A DNA stretch of 64,000 nt from Eledone cirrhosa (Eukaryota): contig OZ024757.1 of assembly GCA_964016885.1 (NCBI GenBank), positions 34,534,001 to 34,598,000 on the forward strand, in the 5' to 3' direction. The notes under the pieces were generated by a model, which was not told the DNA's origin, ran no database searches, and worked only from the letters and a program-made list of their open reading frames with translations. Below are positions 52,615-64,000 of the stretch, piece after piece. The stretch's first letter is position 1, and every line of letters starts with the position of its first letter. A program made the position numbers and the translations under genes.

Positions 52615-53635
52615 AGGGAGCCAGGTCTGTGAGGGTAAAGTTAGACAAAGGGGCCAGGTCTGAGAAGATAGTCATACATAGGGGCCAGGGTGAAAGGTAA
52701 AGTTAGACAAAGGGGCCAGGTCTGAGAAGATACAGTCATACATAGGGGCCAGGGTGAAAGTTAAAGTTAGACACAGGGGCCAGGTCTGAGAAGGTACAGT
52801 TAGCCATAGGGGCCAGGGTGAAAGGTAAAGTTAGACACAGGGGCCAGGTCTGAGAAGGTACAGTTAGCCATAGGGGCCAGGGTGAAAGTTAAAGTTAGAC
52901 ACAGGGGCCAGGTCTGAGAAGATAGTCATACATAGGGGCCAGGGTTAAAGTTAGACACGAGCCAAGTCTGAGAAGGTACAGTTATACATAGGGGCCAGGG
53001 TTAAAGGTAAAGTTAGACACAGGGGCCAGGGTGAAAGGTAAAGTTAGACACAGGGGCCAGGTCTGAGAAGGTACAGTTATACATAGGGGCCAGGGTGAAA
53101 GGTAAAGTTAGACATAGCGGCCAGGTCTGAGAAGGTACAGTCATACATAGGGGCCAGGGTGAAAGGTAAAGTTAGACACAGGGGCCAGGTCTGAGAAGGT
53201 ACAGTTATACATAGGGGCCAGGGTGAAAGGGAAAGTTAGACACAGGGGCCAGGTCTGAGAAGGTACAGTTAGCCATAGGGGCCAGGGTGAAAGGTAAAGT
53301 TAGACACAGGGGCCAGGTTTGAGAAGGTACAGTTATACATAGGGGCCAGGGTGAAAGGTAAAGTTAGACATAGCGGCCAGGTCTGAGAAGGTACAGTCAT
53401 ACATAGGGGCCAGGGTGAAAGGTAAAGTTAGACACAGGGGCCAGGTCTGAGAAGGTACAGTTATACATAGGGGCCAGGGTGAAAGGGAAAGTTAGACACA
53501 GGGGCCAGGTCTGAGAAGGTACAGTTAGCCATAGGGGCCAGGGTGAAGGGTAAAGTTAGACACAGGGGCCAGGTCTGAGAAGGTACAGTTAGCCATAGGG
53601 GCCAGGGTGAAGGGTAAAGTTAGACACAGGGGCTT
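52615..53635. repeat. 64-bp dimeric minisatellite (31+33 bp subunits), about 16 copies
   Basis: ggggccagggtgaaaggtaaagttagacaca + ggggccaggtctgagaaggtacagttatacata. Confidence 0.93.
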
Positions 53636-53960
53636 AAAATAGAGGGTTAAAATAGAGTATATTTTCATGAGAAATATATTTTCATCAGAAAGTTTTTAGT
53701 TAATATGGACTGGGGCTGTGTAGAGATTGATTTAACCCTTTAACATTTACATTACTTAATATTTATTATTGTCTTTTCACGGTAAACACTTTATCTCACA
53801 TAATATCGAATCTATGAGATTTTCGTATTATATATTTTGAGAGCAATACCTTAACATCAGTATCAGTGGCCGGTTACAGCTTGTTTGAACAGAAAGGGGT
53901 GAGAGAATTCTGGCCAGATATGGCCGGTTTAAATGCTAAAGGGTTAAATGATTAACTTAC

Positions 53961-54119
53961 CTGAGGGAAAATAACTAATTTGGAGCGTAGATCTTGTGGA
54001 TCAACATCAAAGATATTTTGTCCATCAATGTTGAGGACTCCATGAGTGCAGCTGGCCATTCGGGTGAGGGCCATGATTAATGAGGATTTCCCTGAACCAG
54101 ATTTGCCAACAATTCCAAT
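53961..54119 (-). CDS. ABCC/MRP-like exon (159 nt), NBD2 Walker A and Q-loop
   Basis: tttcag|...CAG|gtaagt. IGIVGKSGSGKSSLIMALTRM...IDGQNI...DLRSKLVIFPQ. Confidence 0.95.
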
Positions 54120-55369
54120 CTGAAAGGAAACAATTTCATAGTTAATTAATCCAAACATTTTGTGAATAATTTAATTAATAATTAATGTTCATATAATGAA
54201 TGATGGGCTCAGGTGCTGAGATGCTATATGAGGGTGGGCTGAAAAGTGTATAGGCTGACTATGAAGGAGTGATGCCTAAGCTGTGAAATCTTGCATGCAT
54301 TAATTTCAACTCTTCTTATTAATAACTTCATTTGTTATTTCCAGGGACTATATTGAAAAATAAACCTCATTTGGTCATTTCATGAGAGTATCTTGGTCAG
54401 CCGATATATATATATATATATACATATAGTCTGGAACTAGCTGTTGAAATGGCAAGAGCTCAACCATCAGGTCTTGACTCTTTATAATATATATATATGA
54501 ACTATTCATCCTACCCTCATATATAGATATATAAATTAAAATGAAGAATTAGAAATAGAAGCCAGGACTATCCATCATCAGTGATCTACTAGCCATCATA
54601 GGTATTTCTTCGCATTACGGACAATATATCTCCAGCTAGGGTGATACAATAACTAAAATAAGTTATTGGGATAAAAAGAGTTGGGTGGAGAATGAGAGAC
54701 AGGTAAACAAACATGAATGGTGAGGCAACGTAAAGAGAGGAAAAAATGCGAAAATCAAGTCAATGATTCATTTGAACATAAGAACTTGCGAATATTGACG
54801 AGAAGACGAGAGACACATCCCAACCATGTGAAAGTAAGCGAGGAAAGAATTTTGTACGGTGTGGGACGATGGAGGAAGTAAGAGAGAAGGTGAGTAGCAG
54901 AGAGTGAGTGAGTGAAAGTGTGAGGAAGAGGCTCACCGAGAGGGGGTGAATGAAAGTAAGAGGGAGAAGGAGAGAGAAAGGGGATAGCAGTAAGGGAAGA
55001 GAAAAAACAGGTCACAGCGAAGGGGAAAGCATATAGGAATGAAAAATGGCGTGCTGTGTTGTTGCAAATGTTATATATATATATGTCTATAGGTAGCTAT
55101 GATGCTTCCATAGGCGGTATGCCGGTTGAGTACTCTATGCTCTTACAGAGCAGAGTATTATAGAATGGAAAACAAAAAATCAGTGATGTATCGGAACTCA
55201 ATTTATTGTGTGTTACAATTGTTTCCCCGGGGAACAGCTCTAGGTGCGACCTGAGGAACCTGAAAGTCTAGAGTCAGGTCAATCCACACATGGATCGCAC
55301 CTCCAGCTCGCCGGGGAAACAATTGTAACACACAATCGAGTTCCGATGTATCACTGATTTTTTGTTTTC

Positions 55370-55420
<51 letters not shown>

Positions 55421-55483
55421 AAAACTAGGACCGTTAAGACCTCGTTCCTGCATATGTCAATATTTATAAAACAAACTTTGTAT

Positions 55484-55538
55484 TTTATCTGATGAGAGCG
55501 TACCAAAGTTTTGGTACCCTTGAAATATATATAATAAA
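55484..55538 (+). ncRNA. Type I hammerhead motif (AUA site)
   Basis: tttat CTGATGA gag c gtaccaaa-gt-tttggtac c ctt GAAAT atat ATA ataaa. Downstream tail resembles that of the 38.6-kb element. Confidence 0.78.
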
Positions 55539-55579
55539 TATGCTTTTATAAATATAGTTTCCATTTATTAATATCATTG

Positions 55580-55610
<31 letters not shown>

Positions 55611-55613
<3 letters not shown>

Positions 55614-55812
55614 GAAGGTAAGCTGAAAAGTTCATAGGCTGACTTTGAAGGAGTGATGCTTAAGCTGTGAAATCTTGCATGCATTAATTTCAACTTTTCT
55701 CATCAATAACTGCATTGTTTCTTTCCAGAGACTATGTTGAAAAATAAACCTCATTTGGTCATTCCATGAGAGTATCTTGGTCAGCCTATGAACTTTTCAG
55801 CTGACTCTTGTA
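55611..55812. mobile_element. Mariner-type MITE (partial copy at about 54227-54402)
   Basis: Terminal repeats tatgaaggtaagctgaaaagttcataggctgac / gtcagcctatgaacttttcagctgactcttgta, with TA ends. Confidence 0.75.
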
Positions 55813-57266
55813 AAATAGCATCTCTTCCCATGAACACAACATTCTTTATATTAACTTTATATTCTCAGTACTTAAAAGTTCAAGAGATCGACTCTGTATA
55901 TTCTAAATTTAATTAACCTTTTACATTGGTTTTTATGGTCCTTTGAGCAGATTTACTTTAACCCTTTACCATTTACATTACTCTACATATACTATTGTAT
56001 TTTCATGGTAAAGGCTTTATCTTACATATCTCACATAATATTGAATATTTGAGATTTTGATATTAATTATTTTGAGAACAATACCTTAACATTAGTATGG
56101 GCAGTCAGTTATGGCTGGTTTGAATAGAAAGATGTGAGAGAATTCTGGCCGGATACGACCGGGTTAATAGAACTGAAATTTAACCCTTTTATTACCATAT
56201 TTTGAATGAAAGACACTACCTATGATATTTTTAATATTTTGGAAAATAATCAAGAATTTAGAGGGATTTAGTAATATATCTAACTTTCTCATTATTAAGC
56301 TGATCTTTGGAGCATAACTTAAAGATTCTTATGTAAAATTATGAAGGTAGCTTTTTAGACAAAGGGTCAAAAGGACTCTTCAGTTGTGTCAAAGACATGA
56401 CAGCCTCCCTGGTGTTTGGTGATCTACATGATAAAAGCACTAGTACATGCTGTAAAGTGGCTGGTGATAGGAAGAGCATCCAACTATAGAAATCTTGCCA
56501 AACAAAGGGTTGGGAGGACCATCAGTTGTATCAAAGACATGACAACCTCTCCTGTGCATTCAGTAGGACATGAGACTATACATAAGGGAGACACAAATTC
56601 CTGGCCTGTCTGGGAGATTAGTGGCTCCGCTTCAGTACTGACTTGGTCTACGTAGACTCATTCAATCCTTGCTATCAGGGAAAGTGGACATTAAAACGAC
56701 AATGATGATAATGATAAACACTTTAACCCTTTCTTTAATATTTTGACAAATAATAAAAAAAATTAGAGGAATTTAGTAATATAACTAACTCTTTCTTTAT
56801 TAAGCTGGTGTTTGGAGCATAACATAACAAAGGTTAATAGAAATATGATGGAAGCTTTTTAGATGAATGGATGGTCCTGTAACTCCTGATGGAGTCGTAG
56901 GGATGCTGCAGTGTCAAATGGCATTTCTTGGGAATTTTAAAGCTTGATGGAGCCCATCTCCTCTCCAGGTCTGAATACAGCAGATTTCTTCCAGACAGGG
57001 ATAGAAAGAGATATAGAGGAAGAACCAACCCCAGTAGTAGACTGGTACATTTTTTATCAACCTCGAAAGGATGATAGGGAAGTTTACCTCAATTAGATTT
57101 GAACTGAGACAGCAGAAAACCAGAACAAATATGGCTAAGCACTCTATCTGATGTTCTAACTCCTCTGCCAATTCACCTTAGATAAATAGAAACATTTTAA
57201 CCCTTTCTTTACCCTAGAGAAGAAATAAAAAAACAAGGAAAATAAAAAAATCTGAAATATCAAAAC

Positions 57267-57419
57267 CTTTTCTTGAGATTTTATAAGAAGGTCAACACCA
57301 GACAAACAACAAGTATTGTCACTGTCATATTTAGCAGAAAAATCCAGGAATTCTATTTCACCCCTTTCTGGCCAATTTTCTGGAAGTTTCTGGTAAGGTT
57401 TGCCTTCTGAATCAGTATT
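57267..57419 (-). CDS. ABCC/MRP-like exon (153 nt), NBD2 start
   Basis: ttccag|...AAG|gttttg. NTDSEGKPYQKLPENWPERGEIEFLDFSAKYDSDNTCCLSGVDLLIKSQEK has the WP..GEIEF motif and A-loop Tyr. Confidence 0.93.
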
Positions 57420-57444
57420 CTGGAATAACAAACATAATAATGAT

Positions 57445-58045
57445 AATAATTGTTTCTAGTTTTGGCACAAGGCCAACAATTAACCAGTGAATTACTGGTA
57501 CTTTATTTGATCGACCCCGTAAGGATGAAAGGCAAAGTTAACTTTGGTGGGATTTGAACTCAGAATGGCAAGGGCCGTAACTCTATGCATCAAAGCACGA
57601 TGTCTGAACCTCTACCGATACTGCCAATGATGATGATAATGATTTCTTATATAGGCACAAGGCCAGCAATTTTGGGGGAGGGGAAAGTCGATTAAATCGA
57701 CCCCAGTGCATTACTGGTACTCTATTTTATCGACCCCGTAAGGATGAAGGCAAAGCTAACCTTGGAAAGATTTGAACTCGGAACATAAAGGGATGTAACT
57801 CTATGCTGTACTCTACCGATTCTGCCAATCCACTGCCCTTAATAAGGATTTCTGATTTAGGCACAAGACCAACAATTTTGGGGAAAGAGGGTATCGATTA
57901 CATTAACACCAGTACATTACTGGTACTTTATTTTATCAACCCCCATGAGGATGAAAGGCAAAGTTAACCTCAGCGGGATGTGAAATCGGGATGCAAAGGG
58001 CCGTAACTCTATGCCACAAAGCATGTTGTCCGATGCTCTACCAAT
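57445..58045 (-). mobile_element. Head-to-tail array of three SINE copies in an ABCC intron
   Basis: Same SINE core three times. Confidence 0.86.
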
Positions 58046-58089
58046 AATAATAATAATAATTTCTGATTTAGACATAATGATGATAATGA

Positions 58090-58665
58090 TCACCACTACC
58101 TCACCACCACCATCACCACTACCTCACCACCACCACCACCACCACCATCACCACCACCTCACCACCACCATCACCACCACCTCACCACCACCACCACCAC
58201 CACCACCTCACCACCACCATCACCACTACCTCACCATCACCACTACCTCACCACCACCATCACCACTACCTCACCACCACCATCACCACTACCTCACCAT
58301 CACCACTACCTCACCACCACCATCACCACTACCTCACCACCACCATCACCACTACCTCACCACCACCACCACCACTACCTCACCACCACCATCACCACTA
58401 TCTCACCATCACCACTACCTCACCACCACCATCACCACTACCTCACCACCACCACCATCACCACTACCTCACCACCACCATCACCACTACCTCACCACCA
58501 CCATCACCACTACCTCACCACCACCATCACCACTACCTCACCACCACCATCACCACTACCTTACCACCACCATCACCACTACCTCACCACCACCACCACC
58601 ACCACCACCTCACCACCACCACCACCACCACTGCCACCACCACCATCACCATCACCACCACTATT
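58090..58665. repeat. (CAC)n-type compound microsatellite next to an ABCC donor site
   Basis: Reads (GGT/GTG)n on the transcribed strand. Confidence 0.92.
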
Positions 58666-58676
58666 GCCATACTCAC

Positions 58677-58778
58677 CTCCTTTTTATGCCTCGTATAGTT
58701 ATTGACTTGTTGTACGGAGACCTTCATTACAACTATATCGGAGGTCATTCTAACAAACCAGTCCAGGGATTTCGATAC
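58677..58778 (-). CDS. ABCC/MRP-like exon (102 nt)
   Basis: ttacag|...GAG|gtgagt. VSKSLDWFVRMTSDIVVMKVSVQQVNNYTRHKKE vs MRP1 [34 protein letters not shown]. Confidence 0.92.
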
Positions 58779-59854
58779 CTGTAACATATTAGGGTCAGTC
58801 TTTAGTATGGATACTTACTTATACATGTTATTTAAACTGATGTCATTCTAACAAACCAGGGAGGAGTCTTGTACTCTCAGTTGCTTAACATCAATGAAAC
58901 TGGGATAAACACCAACCAAATGAACCCCCTGGCTTCAGACACACTTCTTCTTCTTGAGAGGGCTGTAAGGGCAGAGTCCTGAAACACTCCTTCCAGCTGG
59001 TCTTGTCAGAAGCAAGCGTTTCCAACTGATCCGGCTGGACCCCCAAGAGTGACCAGCCAAACTCATGGATTTTATCCAACCATCTTGCTTGGGGTCTACT
59101 CCTGGGTCTCTTGCCCATAAAATCTGTCCAGCGGTTCTTTCCTGAGACATTCTAACCACATGCCCCAGCACCCAGTCAACATTGTAATGTGTGCTAGGTG
59201 TAAAGAAGGGCATCCAGCCATAGAAACCAAGCTAAAATACAGACCCGTATGAGCAACATGACAACCCATCTAACTCATGCAAGCAAGAAACAAAAAGAGG
59301 TTAAATGCGATGACGATGATGATTCATAAGATATTTTTGAAAAATACAAAACAGCATTATGACTGCATCGCCTTAAAAAGGAAAGCCAAGCACACCACAA
59401 TATACCACCAGATAAAACTCACTCACCTCTATCACCGCATGCTTACTCTCTCACACCCATCAATGCCCTCCCACAGCTGGTGCCACAATAAAATGCACCC
59501 AGCCCACTCTGTAAAGTGATAGTGCTGGTGCCACAGTAAAAATGTACTCAGCCCACTCCATAAAATGGTAATGCTGGGGCCACAATTAAATGCATTCAGC
59601 CCACTCTGTAAAGTGGTAGTGCTGATACCACAAAAAAAGCACCCAGTTCACCCTGTAAAGTGGTTGGGCTGGTGCCATGAAAAATCAGCCAGTGCATCCT
59701 GTAAGGAGATGATGGTAAAGACACAATAAAATGCTCCTAGTACATACTGTAAAGTGGTTGACCTTATTAAGCGTATCCAGACAGCTATTTTCTGCTAAAA
59801 TAATTGCAGGATACTAAGAGCTAAATAAGAACCTACATCAAGATGCCTACCAGT

Positions 59855-60375
59855 TCTTTTTACCTCTCATTATTTCCTGAGAGAGTTGAGGGGAAGGGTC
59901 CTCAGACACATCTTCCAGTGGGTCCTATCACTTTTTACCTCTCACTATTTCCTGAGGGAGTTGAGGGGAAGGGTCCTGGGCACATCTTCCAGTGGGTCCT
60001 ATCACTTTTTACCTCTCACTATTTCCTGAGAGAGTTGAGGGGAAGGGTCCTGGGCACACCTTCCAGTGGGTCCTATCACTTTTTACCTCTCACTATTTCC
60101 TGAGAGAGTTGAGGGGAAGGGTCCTGGGCACACCTTCCAGTGGGTCCTATCGCTTTTTACCTCTCACTATTTCCTGAGAGAGTTGAGGGGAAGGGTCCTG
60201 GGCACACCTTCCAGTGGGTCCTATCACTTTTTACCTCTCACTATTTCCTGAGAGAGTTGAGGGGAAGGGTCCTGGGCACATCTTCCAGTGGGTCCTATCA
60301 CTTTTTACCTCTCACTATTTCCTGAGAGAGTTGAGGGGAAGGGTCCTCAGACACACCTTCCAGTGGGTCCTATCA
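59855..60375. repeat. 74-bp minisatellite, about 7 copies, derived from a LINE 3' end
   Basis: Unit ttttacctctcactatttcctgagagagttgaggggaagggtcctgggcacaccttccagtgggtcctatcact. Confidence 0.92.
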
Positions 60376-60506
60376 AAAGCAACTATCTCCAATGGGCCCG
60401 ACAGGGTTCTGGTGACACACCTAGCTTTTATGGAGACAGTAACTATGTGACAATGATCTGGTGCTGGGCAAAGAGAGCAACAGAGAAGAAAAGAAGACAT
60501 ACTTGC

Positions 60507-60624
60507 CTTGATTAAGTAAGTGATGATGAGGCCAACTGCCTCACTCGTCCCTGTGTTGATGGCAATCAAACATACGAGGAATATGATGACGGTACCAACC
60601 AATTGGAGTATGAAGGCTGACCAT
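60507..60624 (-). CDS. ABCC/MRP-like exon (118 nt), last TM helices; GC donor
   Basis: ttccag|A TGG...AAG|GCAAGT. (R)WSAFILQLVGTVIIFLVCLIAINTGTSEAVGLIITYLIK matches MRP1 RWLAVRLECVG...AGLVGLSVSYSLQ. Only the GC donor keeps phase 0. Confidence 0.88.
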
Positions 60625-60689
60625 CTGGAAAGAGAAGAGAGAATCACTATTGTGGTCATTGTGGTCAGTGTCATAGCAACCACGTCCAT

Positions 60690-62220
60690 CACCAACACCA
60701 CTTACACCACCACCACTATCTCTATCACCACCAACACTACCATTATCTCTAGCACCACCACTACCACCAACACTACCATTATCTCTACCACTACCACCAA
60801 CACCACTACCACTATCTCTATCACCACCACTACCACCACCACTACCACCACTAACCCCTCTACACCACTACCACTATCTCTATCACCACCACTACCACCA
60901 ACACCACTACACCACTACACCACTACCACTATCTCTATCACCACCACTACCACCAACACCACTACACCACTACACCACTACCACTATCTCTATCACCACC
61001 ACTACCACCAACACCACTACACCACTACACCACTACCACTATCTCTATCACCACCACTACCACCAACACCACTACACCACTACCACTATCTCTATCACCA
61101 CCACTACCACCAACACCACTACACCACTACCACTATCTCTATCACCACCACTACCACCAACACCACTACACCACTACCACTATCTCTATCACCACCACTA
61201 CCACCAACACCACTACACCACTACCACTATCTCTATCACCACCACTACCACCAACACCACTACACCACTACACCACTACCACTATCTCTATCACCACCAC
61301 TACCACCACTATCTCTATCACCACCACTACCACCAACACCACTACACCACTACCACTATCTCTATCACCACCACTACCACCAACACCACTACACCACTAC
61401 CACTATCTCTATCACCACCACTACCACCAACACCACTACACCACTACACCACTACCACTATCTCTATCACCACCACTACCACCACTATCTCTATCACCAC
61501 CACTACCACCAACACCACTACACCACTACCACTATCTCTATCACCACCACTACCACCAACACCACTACACCACTACCACTATCTCTATCACCACCACTAC
61601 CACCAACACCACTACACCACTACCACTATCTCTATCACCACCACTACCACCAACACCACTACACCACTACACCACTACCACTATCTCTATCACCACCACT
61701 ACCACCACTATCTCTATCACCACCACTACCACCACTACCACTATCTCCATCACCATCACCACCGCGACAAACCACCACCACCACTGCCGCCGCCACCACC
61801 ACCACCACCGCCACTACCACCACCACGAACAACAACATCACCAACACCACGACCACCAACCACCACCACCACTACCACCACCACCACCACCACCAACACC
61901 ACGACCACCAACCACCACCACCACCACCACCACCACCACCACTACCACCACTACCACCACCACGGCCACCACCACTACCACGACCACCACCGCCACCACC
62001 ACTACCACCACCACCAACACCACGACCACCAACCACCACCACCACCACTACCACCACCAACACCACCACCACCACCACCACCACCACCAACACCACCACC
62101 ACTACCACCACCACGACCACCACCACTACCACGACCACCACCACTACCACCGCCACCACCACTACCACCACTACTACCACCACCACCACCACCACCACCA
62201 ACCGCCACCACCACCACCAC
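60690..62220. repeat. (CAC/CTA)n compound satellite filling nearly the whole ABCC intron
   Basis: The 636-aa + strand ORF is an artefact of this repeat. Confidence 0.93.
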
Positions 62221-62235
62221 TTCTACAATACCCAC

Positions 62236-62435
62236 CTCTTTGCTGAGATGATGGTATGGCTATATCGTTGCTGTTGGTCAACACACAAATTATTCTTCTT
62301 AACGAAGCCACTCTCGTTACTGAATGCAGCAATGACATCACCACCTGACTCTGTTTGTGCCACATGTGAAAGTAAATTACTGCTACAATGGTTGTGCATC
62401 TGGGACAATTTGATGACGGTGGGGATGTAGACTTT
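62236..62435 (-). CDS. ABCC/MRP-like exon (200 nt), TMD2 cytoplasmic loop
   Basis: ttacag|...|gtgggt. KVYIPTVIKLSQMHNHCSSNLLSHVAQTESGGDVIAAFSNESGFVKKNNLCVDQQQRYSHTIISAKR aligns without gaps to MRP1 [38 protein letters not shown]...VDENQKAYYPSIVANR. Phase 0 to 2. Confidence 0.9.
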
Positions 62436-63034
62436 CTGTAATGAAAGCCATGGAAACAGGACTGTGTCAGATTGGTGGAAGACATGGACAATGATGCAAT
62501 CTCATCATGTATAGAGAGAGTGAGAGAATGGAAGTGACAAAAAGATATAGAGGACGAATTGACCCCAGTGCTTGACTGGTATTTTTTTTTATCAACCTTG
62601 GATGTTGACCTCAGGAAGATTTGAACTTAGAGCAGAGAATTGGAATGAATACAGCAAAGCACTCATTCCGACATTCTAATAACTCTGCCAAATTCCCATC
62701 TATCATATAATACTTATTCTGAAATTCCATCTTAGAATTATTAATGACTAGAATTTTTTTCAACATACTGACGTTTGTATGAGTGGATGCTATGCTTTGC
62801 AACACAGAGTTACGGCCCTTTATGGTCTGAGTTCAAATCCCGCCGAGGTTAACTTTTCCTTTCATCCTTACAGGGTCGATAGAATAAAGTACCAGTAATT
62901 CACTGAGTAATTGTTGGCTTTGTGCCAAAAGTAGAAGCAATTATTATAAATGCACACAGATACTTTTACAAAACTACACACTCACAGACGTACATGTTTG
63001 ACGCTGAGAATGTTAGACACTGTTTTCTATAGTT

Positions 63035-63568
63035 TGTCATCACCCCTTCCTTCCTTAGTGATCTCAAGTGTGTGACGTCATCACCCCTTGCTTCCTCAGT
63101 CATCTCTAGTGTGTGACGTCATCACCCCTTCCTTCCTCAGTCATCTCTAGTGTGTGATGATATCACCCCTTCCTTCCTCAGTCATCTCTAGTGTGTGACG
63201 TCATCACCCCTTCCTTCCTCAGTCATCTCTAGTGTGTGATGATATCACCCCTTCCTTCCTCAGTCATCTCTAGTGTGTGACATCATCACGCCTTCCTTCC
63301 TCAGTCATCTCTAGTGTGTGACATCATCACCCCTTCCTTCCTCAGTCATCTCTAGTGTGTGACGTCATCACCCCTTCCTTCCTCAGTCATCTCTAGTGTG
63401 TGACGTCATCACCCCTTCCTTCCTCAGTCATATCTAGTGTGTGATGTCATCACCCCTTCCTTCCTCAGTCATCTCTAGTGTGTGACGTCATCACCCCTTC
63501 CTTCCTCAGTCATCTCTAGTGTGTGGTGTCATCACCCCTTCCTTCCTCAGTCATCTCTAGTGTGTGAC
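63035..63568. repeat. 41-bp minisatellite, about 13 copies, several with TGACGTCA
   Basis: Unit catcaccccttccttcctcagtcatctctagtgtgtgacgt. Confidence 0.93.
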
Positions 63569-63889
63569 AGAACGACAGATGGACAGACAGATAGACAGAA
63601 GTTGCTCAAATTTATATAGATTACAGCACCTAACAAGGGTGTTTGTAAGCCAAACTAACTCCCACCTTCAAGCATTAAAGCTAGAGCAGAAAACTGGAAC
63701 AAATACTGCAAAGCATTCTCTCCAATGTTCTAATGATTTTACCAAATTTCCACCTATGACAGAATACTCAGAGAGCTGAAACAAATACTGCAAAGTATTC
63801 TATCCCATGTTCTAATAACTCTGCTAATTCACCGTCACAATCACATACACTTACACAAACTTACACCGACAGACTAGGAAACAACTCAC

Positions 63890-64000
63890 CATTTCAAGCC
63901 AAATGAAAACATTCAGAAGAATAATGACAGGAATTAAATAATATTTTTCTATGACAATCAGAAGAAAAATTGCCAAAATATCAAACAATGCATTGGCCCA
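63890..64000 (-). CDS. ABCC/MRP-like ABC transporter, TMD2 exon (truncated by window end)
   Basis: Reads WANALFDILAIFLLIVIEKYYLIPVIILLNVFIWLEM (hydrophobic TM helices). Ends in phase 0 at ATG|GTGAGT, matching the next exon. Confidence 0.85.

Noticed and set aside
60520-62430. 636-aa His/Thr/Pro-rich ORF on +
   Set aside because: Translation of a (CAC)n satellite, antisense to real ABCC exons.
11020-63568. Regular arrays (55, 64, 74 and 41 bp) as CRISPR-like arrays
   Set aside because: Units are contiguous with no unique spacers, there are no cas genes, and the DNA is eukaryotic.
47689-64000. Calling the ABCC gene a SUR (ABCC8/9) or CFTR ortholog, or giving it a gene symbol
   Set aside because: Exon boundaries and motifs align with the MRP1-type layout, and only the 3' part is visible, so orthology cannot be assigned.

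Overview
AT-rich, repeat-dense animal genomic DNA, most likely an octopus or other coleoid cephalopod (inferred from its tRNA-SINE families, RTE LINEs with (GAT)n tails and long (TA)n tracts). Almost all ORFs in the supplied track are microsatellite or repeat artefacts. Two spliced genes can be read, both on the minus strand. The first is the last nine exons (63890..64000 down to 47689) of a strongly divergent MRP/ABCC-type ABC transporter, with an open frame throughout and one GC-AG intron. The second is the first coding exon (19325..19400) of an ERG/KCNH-type potassium channel whose remaining exons probably lie left of the window. The repeats include RTE LINE fragments (one near-intact RT with a PHD-type finger), an R4-like RLE fragment, two tRNA-SINE families, piggyBac-, hAT- and Tc1/mariner-type MITEs and many minisatellites. 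The most striking hidden signal is about ten minimal type I hammerhead ribozyme motifs from several unrelated sequence families. They sit in short fold-back elements inserted into (TA)n tracts, which matches the Penelope-like pseudo-LTR architecture, and several of these elements share a sub-terminal TACTC...GAGTR hairpin. All structures were folded and aligned by eye; no searches were run.
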